A DNA stretch of 57,026 nucleotides, the filler included, from Stramenopiles sp. TOSAG23-3 (Eukaryota): the NCBI GenBank assembly GCA_900128585.1. It is 6 parts of 6 records of this genome, joined end to end, with 100 filler letters (N's around TTAATTAATTAA, not from the genome) between each part and the next. Parts side by side here need not be neighbours in the genome. Positions count along the whole stretch, not along the records: positions 17,094 to 34,078 come from LT642468.1; 5 more parts are not named here. One strand, 5' to 3'. Of the stretch, positions 21,582 through 32,812 are shown piece by piece. Numbering within the stretch: position 1 is the stretch's first letter; the number at the start of each line of letters is the position of its first letter. The notes under the pieces are model-generated. The model was not told where the DNA came from and did not search any database. It saw only the letters and a list, made by a program, of their open reading frames with translations. Both the position numbers and the translations under genes were made by a program.

Positions 21582-23321
21582 TTACATACGAAATACGCCA
21601 AATTTTGTATCGTCAATCGGTTTGTTCAAAGAAGCACTCAAGCTGAGCCCAATGACGTGCCTCGTTTGCGTTGGCTCAATGATGCCGTCGTCCCACAGGC
21701 GGCCACTGGCGTAGTAAGGGTGTCCCTCCGCTTCGTACTTGGCAACAATTGGATCTTTAAACTTTTCTTCGTCTTCCACGGACCATTCTTGTCCCTTCCT
21801 TTCAATGCCATCGCGCTTTACCGTCGACAAGACGGTCGCTGCTTGGGCCCCTCCCATAACACTGACCCGAGAGTTTGGCCACATGTACATAAACCGTGGC
21901 GAGTACGAACGCCCGCACATTCCGTAATTACCAGCACCGTAACTTCCCCCAACGACGCAAGTTATCTTTGGTACATTTGCGCACGCTACGGCCATGACCA
22001 TTTTCGCGCCGTCTTTTGCGATGCCTCCTGCCTCGTACGTTCGGCCAACCATGAAGCCGGTGATATTTTGCAAAAACAGTAACGGGATTCCCCGCTGGCT
22101 GCACAACTCGATGAAGTGCGCCCCTTTCACGGCACTTTCGGAGAAAAGAATGCCGTTGTTCGCGACAATCCCGACGGGCATACCGTACATTTCCGCAAAC
22201 CCGGTGACTAACGTGGTGCCGTAAAGTTTCTTAAACTCGTCGAATCGGCTGCCGTCGACGATGCGGGCAATAACTTGGCGAATGTCGAACGTTTTCGTCA
22301 GATCGCACGGTACGATGCCTTTCAACTCGTCCGCACTGTACAAAGGCTCGTCGTATTCGCTTGCCATGGCCAACGTTGGCTTCTTCGACCGGTTCAAATT
22401 GGTGACGATGCGCCTCGCGAGTTGCAACGCGTGCGGGTCGTTGTTGGCGAAGTGGTCGGTGACGCCAGACGTTCGGCAGTGAACGTCTGCCCCTCCCAGG
22501 TCCTCCGCAGACACGATCTCCCCCGTGGCCGCCTTGACAAGCGGCGGGCCGCCCAAGAAGATGGTCCCGTTCTTCTTTACAATAATGCTCTCGTCGCTCA
22601 TCGCGGGGACGTACGCCCCCCCGGCAGTGCACGAGCCCATGACAACGGCGATTTGGGGAATGCCCTTTGCAGACATGTTCGCCTGGTTAAAAAATATGCG
22701 CCCAAAATGGTCACGGTCAGGGAAGACCTCGTCCTGCTTTGGCAAGAAGGCGCCTCCGCTATCGACTAAGTAAATGCATGGAAGGTTGTTCTCGTTGGCA
22801 ATTTCTTGCGCGCGCAGGTGCTTTTTTACCGTAATCGGGTAGTACGTGCCACCCTTGACTGTCGCGTCGTTCGCCACAATCATGCACTCCTGCCCCGCGA
22901 CCCGGCCGATCCCGGTCACCACGCCACCACTCGGGATGGTCTCTCCGTCGTACAACTCCCAGCCAGCGAACGGGGACAATTCTAGAAAGGGGGACTGTGG
23001 GTCTAGCAACGCGTCGACCCTGTCCCGGGCGAGCATTTTGTTCCTGCTTTGGTGCAACTCCCTCGCTTTCTCGCCACCCCCAAGCTTGATGGTCTCCAAG
23101 TCGGACCTCAGGTCGCCGATCACGGCCGTCATGTCGGCGTAGTTCTTCTTAAACGCCTCGTCGTTCGTATCGACGGTCCCATCTATAACAGGCGCCCGGT
23201 CGTCCAAAGAATGGTAGAAACGGGTAGCGCTGCTCGTTCGAAGGGTGTTCCCATAGCGTGAGGTCTGTTGCCCGAAGGCCACGGCGCTTCGCCGCGCGGA
23301 ACCCACAAGTTGCCGTAACAT
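21582..23321 (-). CDS. MCCC2: Methylcrotonyl-CoA carboxylase beta subunit, mitochondrial
   Basis: Transit-peptide-like N-terminus; [40 protein letters not shown]-terminal FGVFRM. Confidence 0.96.
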   Translation of the reverse strand: MLRQLVGSARRSAVAFGQQTSRYGNTLRTSSATRFYHSLDDRAPVIDGTVDTNDEAFKKNYADMTAVIGDLRSDLETIKLGGGEKARELHQSRNKMLARDRVDALLDPQSPFLELSPFAGWELYDGETIPSGGVVTGIGRVAGQECMIVANDATVKGGTYYPITVKKHLRAQEIANENNLPCIYLVDSGGAFLPKQDEVFPDRDHFGRIFFNQANMSAKGIPQIAVVMGSCTAGGAYVPAMSDESIIVKKNGTIFLGGPPLVKAATGEIVSAEDLGGADVHCRTSGVTDHFANNDPHALQLARRIVTNLNRSKKPTLAMASEYDEPLYSADELKGIVPCDLTKTFDIRQVIARIVDGSRFDEFKKLYGTTLVTGFAEMYGMPVGIVANNGILFSESAVKGAHFIELCSQRGIPLLFLQNITGFMVGRTYEAGGIAKDGAKMVMAVACANVPKITCVVGGSYGAGNYGMCGRSYSPRFMYMWPNSRVSVMGGAQAATVLSTVKRDGIERKGQEWSVEDEEKFKDPIVAKYEAEGHPYYASGRLWDDGIIEPTQTRHVIGLSLSASLNKPIDDTKFGVFRM

Positions 23322-24206
23322 ATTGTCCTACAGTTAGATTTGTGTAAATTCGGTCTCCGTGTCTGATTGTTTCGTGATTTTTTGTACGTAAAAATAGAGT
23401 TGCTTAAGATTCAATTGAAGAAATCAAACTTACTTTCTACACTAATCATTCTTTCGTATGTATGTAATACGACGTAATGTATCCATAGTCGGTTCTGTGT
23501 ACATTTTTTTATTTTAATAATTTATCACCACCTGTTCTTGTTGTTGGTGGTGGTATTTTTTATTTTATTTTTTCATACTGACCTACTACCGTGGGAGTGG
23601 ATGTACATTCATTATAATACGAGGACTACATTTACTTTCTAGACTATATATTTTATAACTTCTTTTTATTATAGTCCTATTTATAACTATACTTTAACTA
23701 GTCGTTCTAGTAATATACGAATACTACGCATGACAACTGACAAATCACCACCATGAACTTCTGAAGTTCAAGTTCTTCTTTCTTCACCATTTCGTTTTCC
23801 TATTTAAAATATCTGTTGTTGTTTTTATTTTTCAGTTGTTGCATTGTTTTTTAACTAACTGTAGTACGGTATAATATCGAGAGTACAGTTTAAATAGCAA
23901 AATTAATAGACCGACTATGACTAGTATAACAACAACAACAACAACAACAACAACAAAAAATTATTTTATTTAATTATTAATTGGTGCCAAATTCCTATAC
24001 ATAGTCTATAATATATTAAATAAATTCATTTTAATTATATAGCTTCTTCAGGAGAGATTTTATCAGCTTGCTCAGTCAGTCAGTACACGGATACACGGAG
24101 TGCTGTAATCGTAATCGACGGTCAAGAAACATTTACTCGTACAGTAGTACAATACGAAGTGTGTACGAATAATTTAATATTTAAAAAGGAAGGAGGAAAA
24201 AGGGAG

Positions 24207-24258
24207 AAGATGAGAGATGAGATGAGAGAGATGAGAGAGATGAGAGAGATGAGATGAG
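24207..24258. repeat. (GAGAT/GAGAGAT)n microsatellite
   Basis: Seen directly. Confidence 0.85.
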
Positions 24259-25127
24259 GTGAAACAGTTGAAAAGACAGCGTTACTTCTATTTGTATTTG
24301 TATTGTTTAATTATATTTACCTATATAAATATATCGATCCAAGGGAGAAATCGAACCTTTATCTAAATTTTATATCATCTCATCGACTAGAACGACTATG
24401 ATGTATTCATGTATTGTATTTATACTCATACTTGTACTAACTCTGACTTTTCTTCTTATATTAAAGCCTTTCTAATTTAAGTAGTCTAGCTAGTCTAATA
24501 AAAGAAGAAAGATCCGATCCTTCTCCTGAAAAGTCCTCAGTGTACGTAGTAGAAGAAAGATATAATTAAAAGTATTAATTAGACTAAAAAAAAAAAAAAG
24601 GCAGCAAAATATAATATAAGACTACGGTATAGGTATGGATGGTACTGACTGTTGTTACTTAGTGGCAAACTCAATCGCCTATAATAAATATGTATATTAC
24701 ATAACACCGTAGTCTATTATAATAATAAATACGAGTGTGTGTGTGTGTTAGGCAACTATAATACGGTAACTACTTCGAGTATCATCAAAATAAATTAATA
24801 TTTTTTATTTTTTTTTAAATAGGACATACTCTCTCTTAGCTAATAATATAATAATTAAAATAATATAAAATAATAATTATTATTAATAAATAAAATAATA
24901 ATAAATAATGGACGCGCGACTGGGGATTATAATAGTTACAAAAAATATGGTGTATGGATTCAAGTCCAGAAATAACTTTTCGTTTGTGTTTGCTTCATAT
25001 GTAGAAACATTAGTTTGTTAATCAATAGTTAAAAGGTGGTAGGTAATAATATTTTACTGTCCTGGACGATAAAGCTTTCTAGGTGTTTTCCCCAAGTAGT
25101 AACGCTTCAGTCCGTCCGACACACGAC

Positions 25128-28100
25128 ATGTCGGAGGAAACCAAAGCACCGCCAGCCCCCTCTGCCAGCGGGGCTGGGCTTCCCTTGCCGCAGCTCTCGC
25201 CTGATCCTTCGTCCCCCGTAGAGAAGGGCCTGTTTGTGGGGACTGAGGGGGCCGATTCAAATGTAGAATTATTAGAAGGCGTGCAGGGAAGCGAGGCCGG
25301 GAAGAACGAGGCGCGGCTGGAAGAGCTGGCTGGAAGGTTGTCAACGGCCTTCAGGAACGCGGAGAAGGGGGGGCGGGACGACGCGAACATGGGCCTTTCC
25401 CAGCTAAATGTGGCTGAGAACGAAGACTCCAGCGCGACCGCTGCAGACGCGAAATCCACCGACAAAAAGGGGCTAGACATTGACCCAGAAATTGCTGAAA
25501 TATGCTCAAAGTTGACGGAGGAGGACCTTCGGGGCATTCTCCGCGTGCGTCACATCGAGTCCGAAGACTGTCCGACCAGGGACGACCTGTTGCGGAGAGT
25601 TCATGAGACCCACATGCACGCCAGGCGAGGCTCTGGGACAGAGCCAACGGTGATCCAACAGACTGCGCTGGCCTTTGTTAAGATGAACGAGGCGACGAAA
25701 CGGCGAAAGTCGTCGTTCGTGGTCAATGTGGACCTGTTGGACCCGAAGGAGTACGAGAGGGAGTGCGACCTGGAAATGAACCGCCTGAACGAAAACGCCA
25801 GCACGGAGAGGTGTTGCGTGCGCAGGCACCTGGACGACGTGAAGAAACACGTGCACCTAGTCGACAAAAGCGAAACCCTTATTGACCAGTCTGTCCTTAT
25901 GCCAGAGTTCTTCTCCGCGTCCTCAAACGCGGGCGCGAAAGCGACGATCCAGTGCAGGTTTCGGCTGGAGCACGTCCTCGAGAGGGAGAACTCTCCCAAT
26001 GGAAAGGCAAAACGGAGGGAACAGCAAAAGCACATATACATAGCCGGGTGGATGGAGAAGAAAGGGGGTACGACCCATGCGTTTACTAAAGACTACAAAA
26101 AGCGGTGGTTTGAGCTGAACCCAGAATCCAAGATCCTGACGTACTTTCAGCAGGAGCCCCCGGAAGATATTAACCGGCAGCTGGTGCGGAAAGGCGGGCG
26201 CCGCGTGTCCGAAATCTCCTTTGAAAGGATATTATCGCTAGTCGACAGTGATCCCAACGCTGAGGGAAAAGAACGTGCGAAGACCGATAGTGTGACAGGT
26301 TTGACAGACATAGAGAAGAAAGAAAAAGCGTTGGAAATCAAGCGGAAGAAGCTTCGCAAAGGTGCCATTGACATGAGCGTTGTGCAGCTCATCCGTCCCG
26401 CCGAAGTGGCAGGTTGCCCGGCCCATTCGTTCGAGCTTGTCACCGGTTCCAAGGACAAAATCATTCGAGTTTGGGTCCTGGCGCCGGAAAACAAGGAAAA
26501 ACAGGACGAATGGTTGAAAGCCCTGTGCCTCCTTGTTGAGCGAAGCAAAATTCATCCAAAGTACCAAAACTATACGGCCAAAAACGGGAACCACGATGAC
26601 CGCCAGAAATTTGAAACGGTGGAGGTAGATTTGACAGATGCTGACACGGTTGAACAAGTCATCTCAGCGGCGTTCACGAAGCTAACCGCGGAGAAGAAAA
26701 TTAAAATGCCGTCGGAAAGACCAGAAGAGTATGCCCTCAAAGTTCCGAAAAAGTTCGATTTTATGACCACGAGGAAGCACCCCTTGTGCCAGTACGAACA
26801 CGTGGCGAACTGCCTCAGTAAAGGGGAGCAAGCAATAACGTTGGAGCTTGTGCCCCCGTCGGAAATTCGGGCACTGCTTTCAAAAATGGGAGGGTCGATG
26901 GCAGAAGAGAATGGCGGAGACGAAAACCCCTCCAATGAAGTTGCAGGGGGCGACGAAGTTAGCAGCAGCCTGTTAGAAACGATCAAATATTCAATAGTGA
27001 CGAAAATGTCGGGTGAGTGGGTGTGCTACAAAGAGCCGAAAAACAACCAGTCTTTTTTTTGGAACCGAAAAAACGGTGCTGTTCAACGAGAAAAACCGGA
27101 TGGCTTCGATGCTCTGCAAATGGAAGAAAACTTTAGAGACAATGTCTTGTCGGTAGAAGAATTGATGAAAGCGGCAAACAAGAGCTTCGATAATGAGAGT
27201 TTCGACGTGTCTTACTTTGGAAAGAAATTCACTGCCAATGGGAGCGAGTTTGGGGCAATCGAGTCAGCGAAGGTAACAAGGGAAGCCTTCGATGCCGCAC
27301 ACAATGACGTGTGGGGTGGTCAGGACAATGTAAATTTTATAGAAGCATCGAAGGGTTCCGCGCCTGCCGCGCGTGGGAAAGAGTCGACTGAACCAGAAGA
27401 AAGATGCGCCGATGACGCGCACAGATCGAAGCTGATGTACCAACCGTGCTTGCCGAGGCGGCTTGTTAGGTCCCCTGTTCGGGTAAGAATTCTGGGACTA
27501 GAAAGGGATAACTTGTCATCCCCGTTTTACGAGTGTCTGCGAAAAGATGGGACCCTCGTTGACGGGACGAGCATGCTGAGTGCCGTCAGTGTTCGGGTTG
27601 GGTTTTTTGCGCTTGGAAGACCGCTTCCTTCTGGGTGGATGGAAACGCCCCCCATCCCCTACATTAAGCGAAAGTTGGTTAATTTTTCTGCCACGGACTG
27701 GATCAAATCAAAAGTGTTTATGCCCAACATGCCAAGTACAACCCGGGCAGTCTTTCAGCTCAAGGGTTTCGTAAAGAACGAAAAGGGGGTAGAAGTGGCC
27801 GTCACGCTCGCATCGGCTGCGGTGCAGCTCTCGGATTTTAACGGTCGAATGATTTCTGGAAAACATGCGATTCGCCTGTGGCCCACGAAGGCGTGCGAAC
27901 CGCACGACATTATATCTGGTCCGTGCAAGGCGTGGGAATTCAATGAGCCGTTCGATGACCTGAAACATACGAAAAGCATAAACCACCCGTACGCTAACAA
28001 CTGTCGCCTGGACAGGCTCCAATTCAAGATGCCTACAATTTATGTCGAATTCGACTCGTTTCGCCAAGTTGTCGAGTGGCCTCTGCTATACTCCGCCAAC

Positions 28101-30461
28101 CCAGATGCTATAGAGGAAGACGATGACCCCTCCAACATTCACATTTCCAAAAGCTCATGGTTCTTCTTGGAAGAGCCGTCTTTCATTGGAACAAAATGGG
28201 TCAAGAGATGGTTTGTTCTGTCCGAAGTGGCGGGCTGCCTCGAATGGTTCGCTTCGAACACATCTCCACAGCCCCTCGGGAAAGTATTTTTGGACGACGT
28301 CGAGACGGCTGAAGTTGAAGAGAAATCAAAGCTGCAGAAGCAAGGGAAGGGAAGCACGCACAAAATGGTGAAATTTATATGCATATCTGTAAATACAAGT
28401 GGCAGCAGTAGTTCAGATGTTAAAAAACCTAAGAAAGACCGATTGACTGATACTGGGAAAACTCTTTACTTGTCGGGGCAGGCGCGGTACGAGCTCAGGA
28501 CTTGGATGGATGCTATTGCCAAAGTGGGAAAATCAAGGGCAGAAGGGCTCGCCAGCGGTCACGTTCAAAATGACACCAACAGCACCTCGCCTGTGACCAC
28601 GCAATCGATGATCCATTTAACCCCTAATACTCCAGGCACAGTAGAAAATTATGTGGCCACCAACCGAGAGGAGTGGATTAAGGTGTTCCAAGGTAAGCTT
28701 AAAGAGGCAAAGCAAACTTTGAAGATATTTAAAAGTACTTCTTCGGGTAGTCCCCGCACTGCAAAGGCGGCTAAGAAAAGTACCAAGCAAGATCCTCGTA
28801 ATGTGCATTCTTCGGTGGCCTCAGAGCGTGATATACAATGGGAAAAGCACGCAGACAAAGAAACTGTCCTGAGAGTGTTGAAGACCGACCCTCTGTACCA
28901 ATTAAATTCTGCCGAAAAAGCGACGTTATGGACTTTTAAAGAGTACGTCAAAAGGGAAGGGTTTCGTGGACTCCCGAAATTGTTGAAATCTGTCAACTGG
29001 AACCGTAGCTCCGATGTCCTCGCAACGATGGAACTTTTGCCGGGTTGGCAAATGCCGGAGAAGAAGCAAGAACTTTTGCAGCTGCTCGACATTTCCTACC
29101 AGTGCTTACCCATTCGCAAATTTGCTGTGGAAGGTATCAAAGAGATGGACGATTCTAACCTTGCAGGGTGTCTCCCCCAACTTGTTCAGGCGCTGAAATT
29201 TGACCCATATGACTTTTCTGAACTGGGGCTACTACTCATCGAAAGGTCGATTATGAACCCCTTGGTAATCGGAGTGCCATTCTTTTGGTGCTGCAACGTA
29301 GAACTTCGCCACGTGCACTGTCGCAGTAGGTATGCGATGTACATTCACGAATACAAAAGCCGGTGTGGGACGCAGCAGCGAGTGCTTCTGGAGCGGCAGC
29401 ACATGCTTTGGGCTGAGACCGGTCTCTTTGCAAAAGTGGCCTTCGCTGTTTACGCCGAAAAGGGGCGTGGGAAAAAACAGTACTACAAAACGCTCCATAA
29501 TATGCTGAACAGAATAGAGGGGTCGTTGCCACCGGGAGGTTTTGAGCTTCCGTTTGACCCTCGAGTGCGAGTTCTAAAGCCCAAGATTGACCAGTGTCGC
29601 GTAATGAGTTCTGCTAAACTGCCGCTATGGTTAACGTTTGAGAATGCTGACCCGCAAGGTGACGATGTCATGATCATGTTCAAAGCGGGCGATGATTTGA
29701 GGCAAGACACCATGGTACTTCAGCTTATTGAAGTAATGGACAGCATGTGGCGCGCCGAAGGCCGGCAACTGTTTATGTCGCCGTACAAGTGCATGTCCAC
29801 GTGGTATGATGGGGGGCTTCTGGAGATAGTCCTCGATTCGGTGACGACCGCGGAAATTCATATGCAGTATGGTGGAAAGTATTCAGGTTCGTTCGACAAG
29901 AGCACGTTTTCAAAGTTTATAGCAGAACACAATCTTGGGCAAAAAGAATACCAAGCTGCTGTTGACAGGTTTATAAAGTCGGCTGCTGCCTATTGCGTGG
30001 CAACTTACGTCATGGGAATCGGAGATCGCCACAATGATAACATTATGGTTAAAACGAACGGCCAATACTTCCATATAGATTTCGGCCATTTTCTTGGCAA
30101 CGTTAAGTACCAGTTCGGGATCAAGCGAGAACGAACGGAATTCGTTTTTACCCCCGAAATGGCCGAAGTTATGGGAGGAACAAAAGCGGAGGGCTTCAAA
30201 GATTTCAAGCAGGAGTGTGCAGATGCCCTTCACATTTTGCGAGATAATGTGTCGACGCTGATTAATCTGTTTCTGTTGATGGTGCCCGCTGGAATGCCAG
30301 AGTTGGCGTCCGCGGAGGACATTAACTACTTGCGAGATCAGCTCGACACTAGGATCGCGAAGCAAGAGGCCACGGACAGATTTGAGAAGCAGCTGTCCCT
30401 TGCGCTCGGTGATGTTGTGAAAAAAATCGATAACGCAATGCACATCATCAAGCACAACTGA
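25128..30461 (+). CDS. Phosphoinositide 3-kinase (class I/II-like) with SAP-like, PH, RBD-like, WW, C2, second PH, PIK-helical and kinase domains
   Basis: Kinase motifs MSSAKLPLWL, FKAGDDLRQD, GIGDRHNDN, HIDFGHFLG; LPQLVQALKFD (helical); AGWMEKKGG..KKRWFEL and WVKRWFVL (PH); EWVCYKEPKNNQSFFWNRKNGAVQREKP (WW). Start at ATG 25128. Confidence 0.92.
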   Translation: MSEETKAPPAPSASGAGLPLPQLSPDPSSPVEKGLFVGTEGADSNVELLEGVQGSEAGKNEARLEELAGRLSTAFRNAEKGGRDDANMGLSQLNVAENEDSSATAADAKSTDKKGLDIDPEIAEICSKLTEEDLRGILRVRHIESEDCPTRDDLLRRVHETHMHARRGSGTEPTVIQQTALAFVKMNEATKRRKSSFVVNVDLLDPKEYERECDLEMNRLNENASTERCCVRRHLDDVKKHVHLVDKSETLIDQSVLMPEFFSASSNAGAKATIQCRFRLEHVLERENSPNGKAKRREQQKHIYIAGWMEKKGGTTHAFTKDYKKRWFELNPESKILTYFQQEPPEDINRQLVRKGGRRVSEISFERILSLVDSDPNAEGKERAKTDSVTGLTDIEKKEKALEIKRKKLRKGAIDMSVVQLIRPAEVAGCPAHSFELVTGSKDKIIRVWVLAPENKEKQDEWLKALCLLVERSKIHPKYQNYTAKNGNHDDRQKFETVEVDLTDADTVEQVISAAFTKLTAEKKIKMPSERPEEYALKVPKKFDFMTTRKHPLCQYEHVANCLSKGEQAITLELVPPSEIRALLSKMGGSMAEENGGDENPSNEVAGGDEVSSSLLETIKYSIVTKMSGEWVCYKEPKNNQSFFWNRKNGAVQREKPDGFDALQMEENFRDNVLSVEELMKAANKSFDNESFDVSYFGKKFTANGSEFGAIESAKVTREAFDAAHNDVWGGQDNVNFIEASKGSAPAARGKESTEPEERCADDAHRSKLMYQPCLPRRLVRSPVRVRILGLERDNLSSPFYECLRKDGTLVDGTSMLSAVSVRVGFFALGRPLPSGWMETPPIPYIKRKLVNFSATDWIKSKVFMPNMPSTTRAVFQLKGFVKNEKGVEVAVTLASAAVQLSDFNGRMISGKHAIRLWPTKACEPHDIISGPCKAWEFNEPFDDLKHTKSINHPYANNCRLDRLQFKMPTIYVEFDSFRQVVEWPLLYSANPDAIEEDDDPSNIHISKSSWFFLEEPSFIGTKWVKRWFVLSEVAGCLEWFASNTSPQPLGKVFLDDVETAEVEEKSKLQKQGKGSTHKMVKFICISVNTSGSSSSDVKKPKKDRLTDTGKTLYLSGQARYELRTWMDAIAKVGKSRAEGLASGHVQNDTNSTSPVTTQSMIHLTPNTPGTVENYVATNREEWIKVFQGKLKEAKQTLKIFKSTSSGSPRTAKAAKKSTKQDPRNVHSSVASERDIQWEKHADKETVLRVLKTDPLYQLNSAEKATLWTFKEYVKREGFRGLPKLLKSVNWNRSSDVLATMELLPGWQMPEKKQELLQLLDISYQCLPIRKFAVEGIKEMDDSNLAGCLPQLVQALKFDPYDFSELGLLLIERSIMNPLVIGVPFFWCCNVELRHVHCRSRYAMYIHEYKSRCGTQQRVLLERQHMLWAETGLFAKVAFAVYAEKGRGKKQYYKTLHNMLNRIEGSLPPGGFELPFDPRVRVLKPKIDQCRVMSSAKLPLWLTFENADPQGDDVMIMFKAGDDLRQDTMVLQLIEVMDSMWRAEGRQLFMSPYKCMSTWYDGGLLEIVLDSVTTAEIHMQYGGKYSGSFDKSTFSKFIAEHNLGQKEYQAAVDRFIKSAAAYCVATYVMGIGDRHNDNIMVKTNGQYFHIDFGHFLGNVKYQFGIKRERTEFVFTPEMAEVMGGTKAEGFKDFKQECADALHILRDNVSTLINLFLLMVPAGMPELASAEDINYLRDQLDTRIAKQEATDRFEKQLSLALGDVVKKIDNAMHIIKHN

Positions 30462-31021
30462 AGAATGAGGCAACAACCTCAAACCACCCAACTACTGACG
30501 GCGGCCATTTATTTAGTATAGTAATTATCATACTTATAAATATTGCGTCCTGCCCCCTGAATTTTTTTTATAAAAAAAATAATAAATACGGTCATCACTT
30601 TAAAAAAAGGCTATATTATTTATAATAAAAAAAGAAGAAGAGCACAAAACCAAAATAACAAACCGTTTCATTCCAGATATAATAATAATATAGATGATCA
30701 TCATATACCAAGTATAATAATATTATTATTTATACTATACTACTACAGTATAAAAATAATAATACTAATAATAGTCTAATAATAAAATAAAGAAGAAGTA
30801 AGAAGTGTTGGCTATTATTATTATTTTTTAGTAGTATATTTTTTTTTTTTTTTAAGCAAACCCACTTATTTATTATCCACCGGGCAAAATAATTGAAATA
30901 AATGGGTTGAATTGAAATACATAAAACTTCCTAAGAAAAGTCTATTACGAATTTTTAATTGGACAAAAATATTTCACTGCAATCATCTGTGTATGTAATA
31001 TTTCATGAAAAGCGTGGTGGT

Positions 31022-32509
31022 ATGTCTTCCGGTTTAGTACAAGAGGCGCTCTCATTGATCCTGCGCTCTTGCAATATTGAAACCATTGATAACGCTTCGA
31101 TAGAAAAAGCGATAGAGCAAAAACGTGAGAAAAGCACCACCTTTCCGTCACGGATTACTGAGCGTGCCCAGTATGTTGACTTGCAAGATAACAAGATCAT
31201 GTCTACGATCGGACTGGAAATATTTACCAGCGTGAAACGGGTCAACTTAGCGTATAACACAATACAAGAGTTTGAACTTACCCGTTATTTTCAGTTTCCA
31301 ATGCTGACGCACTTGAGTTTAGCGAACAACCAACTGGTAAAGATTCCATGGCATGCCTTTTCGCCCCTGCATAATTTGCTTGACCTGAATTTGAACAAAA
31401 ATAAGATATGTACTATTGGAGACGCCTCAAACTCTGGCTTAAAACTGAGGTCGCTGACCCTCCGGGGAAATAAAATTAAGACTTTGGAGGGATTAGAAAA
31501 TATGATGAAAACTCTAGACAATTTTGATGTCGCCGACAATCTTATCTGTAATTTGGAAGACATACGTTTGCTTCGTGGGGAACACAAAGATGTACTGCAA
31601 AGTCTATCGATGAAGGGAAATACTGTAGCGAATTCAAAATGCTACAAACACACTGTGTTAGATACATTTCCAAGGATAAGAATACTTGATGGGGGCATTG
31701 TTCTCCCGAAACCTGGAGAACGGAACGCTGCTCAATTTTACCAGTACAGCGTCTCAAACGTTTCTCGATTTGGCAACAGGTTTTACAAAAGGTCGTGTAA
31801 TTGCCCAATTCCCACCGATGAAGTCAACAAGAATGATGAAATTAAAGCTGCTGTAGTTCCGGTGAACTTCAAAAAGACATTAGAATCGACAGTGATCCCT
31901 ACAATAGAGGCACAAAACAAAATAGATGAACCCACCCAAGCAGAGGTTGTAAAAAAAGACAGCCCTTCCGTCACAGCTACTAGTCCGATTAGTATTCCTA
32001 CCAAGCTTTCTATGCTTCCAAAAAGAAACACTATCCTTGTCCCAAACCAAATAATTAACGTCAAAAAGAGGGTTTATCCTCCGCCAAAAGTAGAAAATAA
32101 AGCTCGAACACGGGTTGGTTACCATAAAAACCATAGAAAGCTTCGAAGAGCGAGGCTCAAAACAAAAGCGAAAGCGGCTCCCCCTGTTTCTGCTCCTAAA
32201 AAATTTGCGTTCAGCGGGCTTGGCCCCAACTTTCCTTCAACATCTTCGAACCAACTGCCTCTCCGTTTGCTCGGTAGAAACAAACAAAAAAGTAACTTTA
32301 GAACATTTGCAAACGTAATATATCGCAAGAATATCCAGCGATCGTCCAGGTGGAATTTTATGAGTGGTTGTTCAGTAGGCCCTTCCCCCCCATCTGAAGA
32401 GGCATCTGACAATGTGGGGATTGAAGCTGCAGAGAAAGGCTCCTACGATGGGTGGGCGGTCGAAGATGACGGAAGAGATAACGACATGCTGGCAAATGTG
32501 TCCGTGTAG
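31022..32509 (+). CDS. Leucine-rich repeat protein (SDS22-like repeats, LRR cap, disordered C-terminus)
   Basis: Repeated LxxLxLxxNxI; cap motif GNTV..YKHTVLDTFPRIRILDG. Start at ATG 31022. Confidence 0.85.
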   Translation: MSSGLVQEALSLILRSCNIETIDNASIEKAIEQKREKSTTFPSRITERAQYVDLQDNKIMSTIGLEIFTSVKRVNLAYNTIQEFELTRYFQFPMLTHLSLANNQLVKIPWHAFSPLHNLLDLNLNKNKICTIGDASNSGLKLRSLTLRGNKIKTLEGLENMMKTLDNFDVADNLICNLEDIRLLRGEHKDVLQSLSMKGNTVANSKCYKHTVLDTFPRIRILDGGIVLPKPGERNAAQFYQYSVSNVSRFGNRFYKRSCNCPIPTDEVNKNDEIKAAVVPVNFKKTLESTVIPTIEAQNKIDEPTQAEVVKKDSPSVTATSPISIPTKLSMLPKRNTILVPNQIINVKKRVYPPPKVENKARTRVGYHKNHRKLRRARLKTKAKAAPPVSAPKKFAFSGLGPNFPSTSSNQLPLRLLGRNKQKSNFRTFANVIYRKNIQRSSRWNFMSGCSVGPSPPSEEASDNVGIEAAEKGSYDGWAVEDDGRDNDMLANVSV

Positions 32510-32625
32510 AGTGTGTAATCCTCGGAGTTCTTAAACAAAAAAAACAAAATAAAACCAAAATTTATGCGACACTGTTATCTACTTTACAAAACACAATAAT
32601 AGCTGCTGTCTCAAACAATCTTATG

Positions 32626-32755
32626 ATATGAAAAAAACAAATTATATAGTATGTTTTAAGACTCTCATTTTAAATCAATTACTACTATTTCAGTTCCAAC
32701 CCTAATCCTATCTTGATGTTTTAATCTATCATAAAGTTAACAGCCAATTTTTTGT
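32626..32755 (-). repeat. Dispersed repeat segment (reverse complement of 51228-51322) plus core motif
   Basis: CAAATTATATAGTATGTTTTAAGACTCTCATTTTAAATCAA...CCAACCCTAATCCTATCTTGAT, then AACAGCCAATTTTT at about 32739. Confidence 0.88.
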
Positions 32756-32812
32756 TTTAAAAAAAAGTTAATACGTACCGTGCGTTTACGTTTTTTTGTT
32801 TTAGCGCACTGA

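Noticed and set aside
23400-25050. Long spacer searched for tRNA or other RNA genes
   Set aside because: No cloverleaf or recognisable RNA motif seen; only simple repeats.
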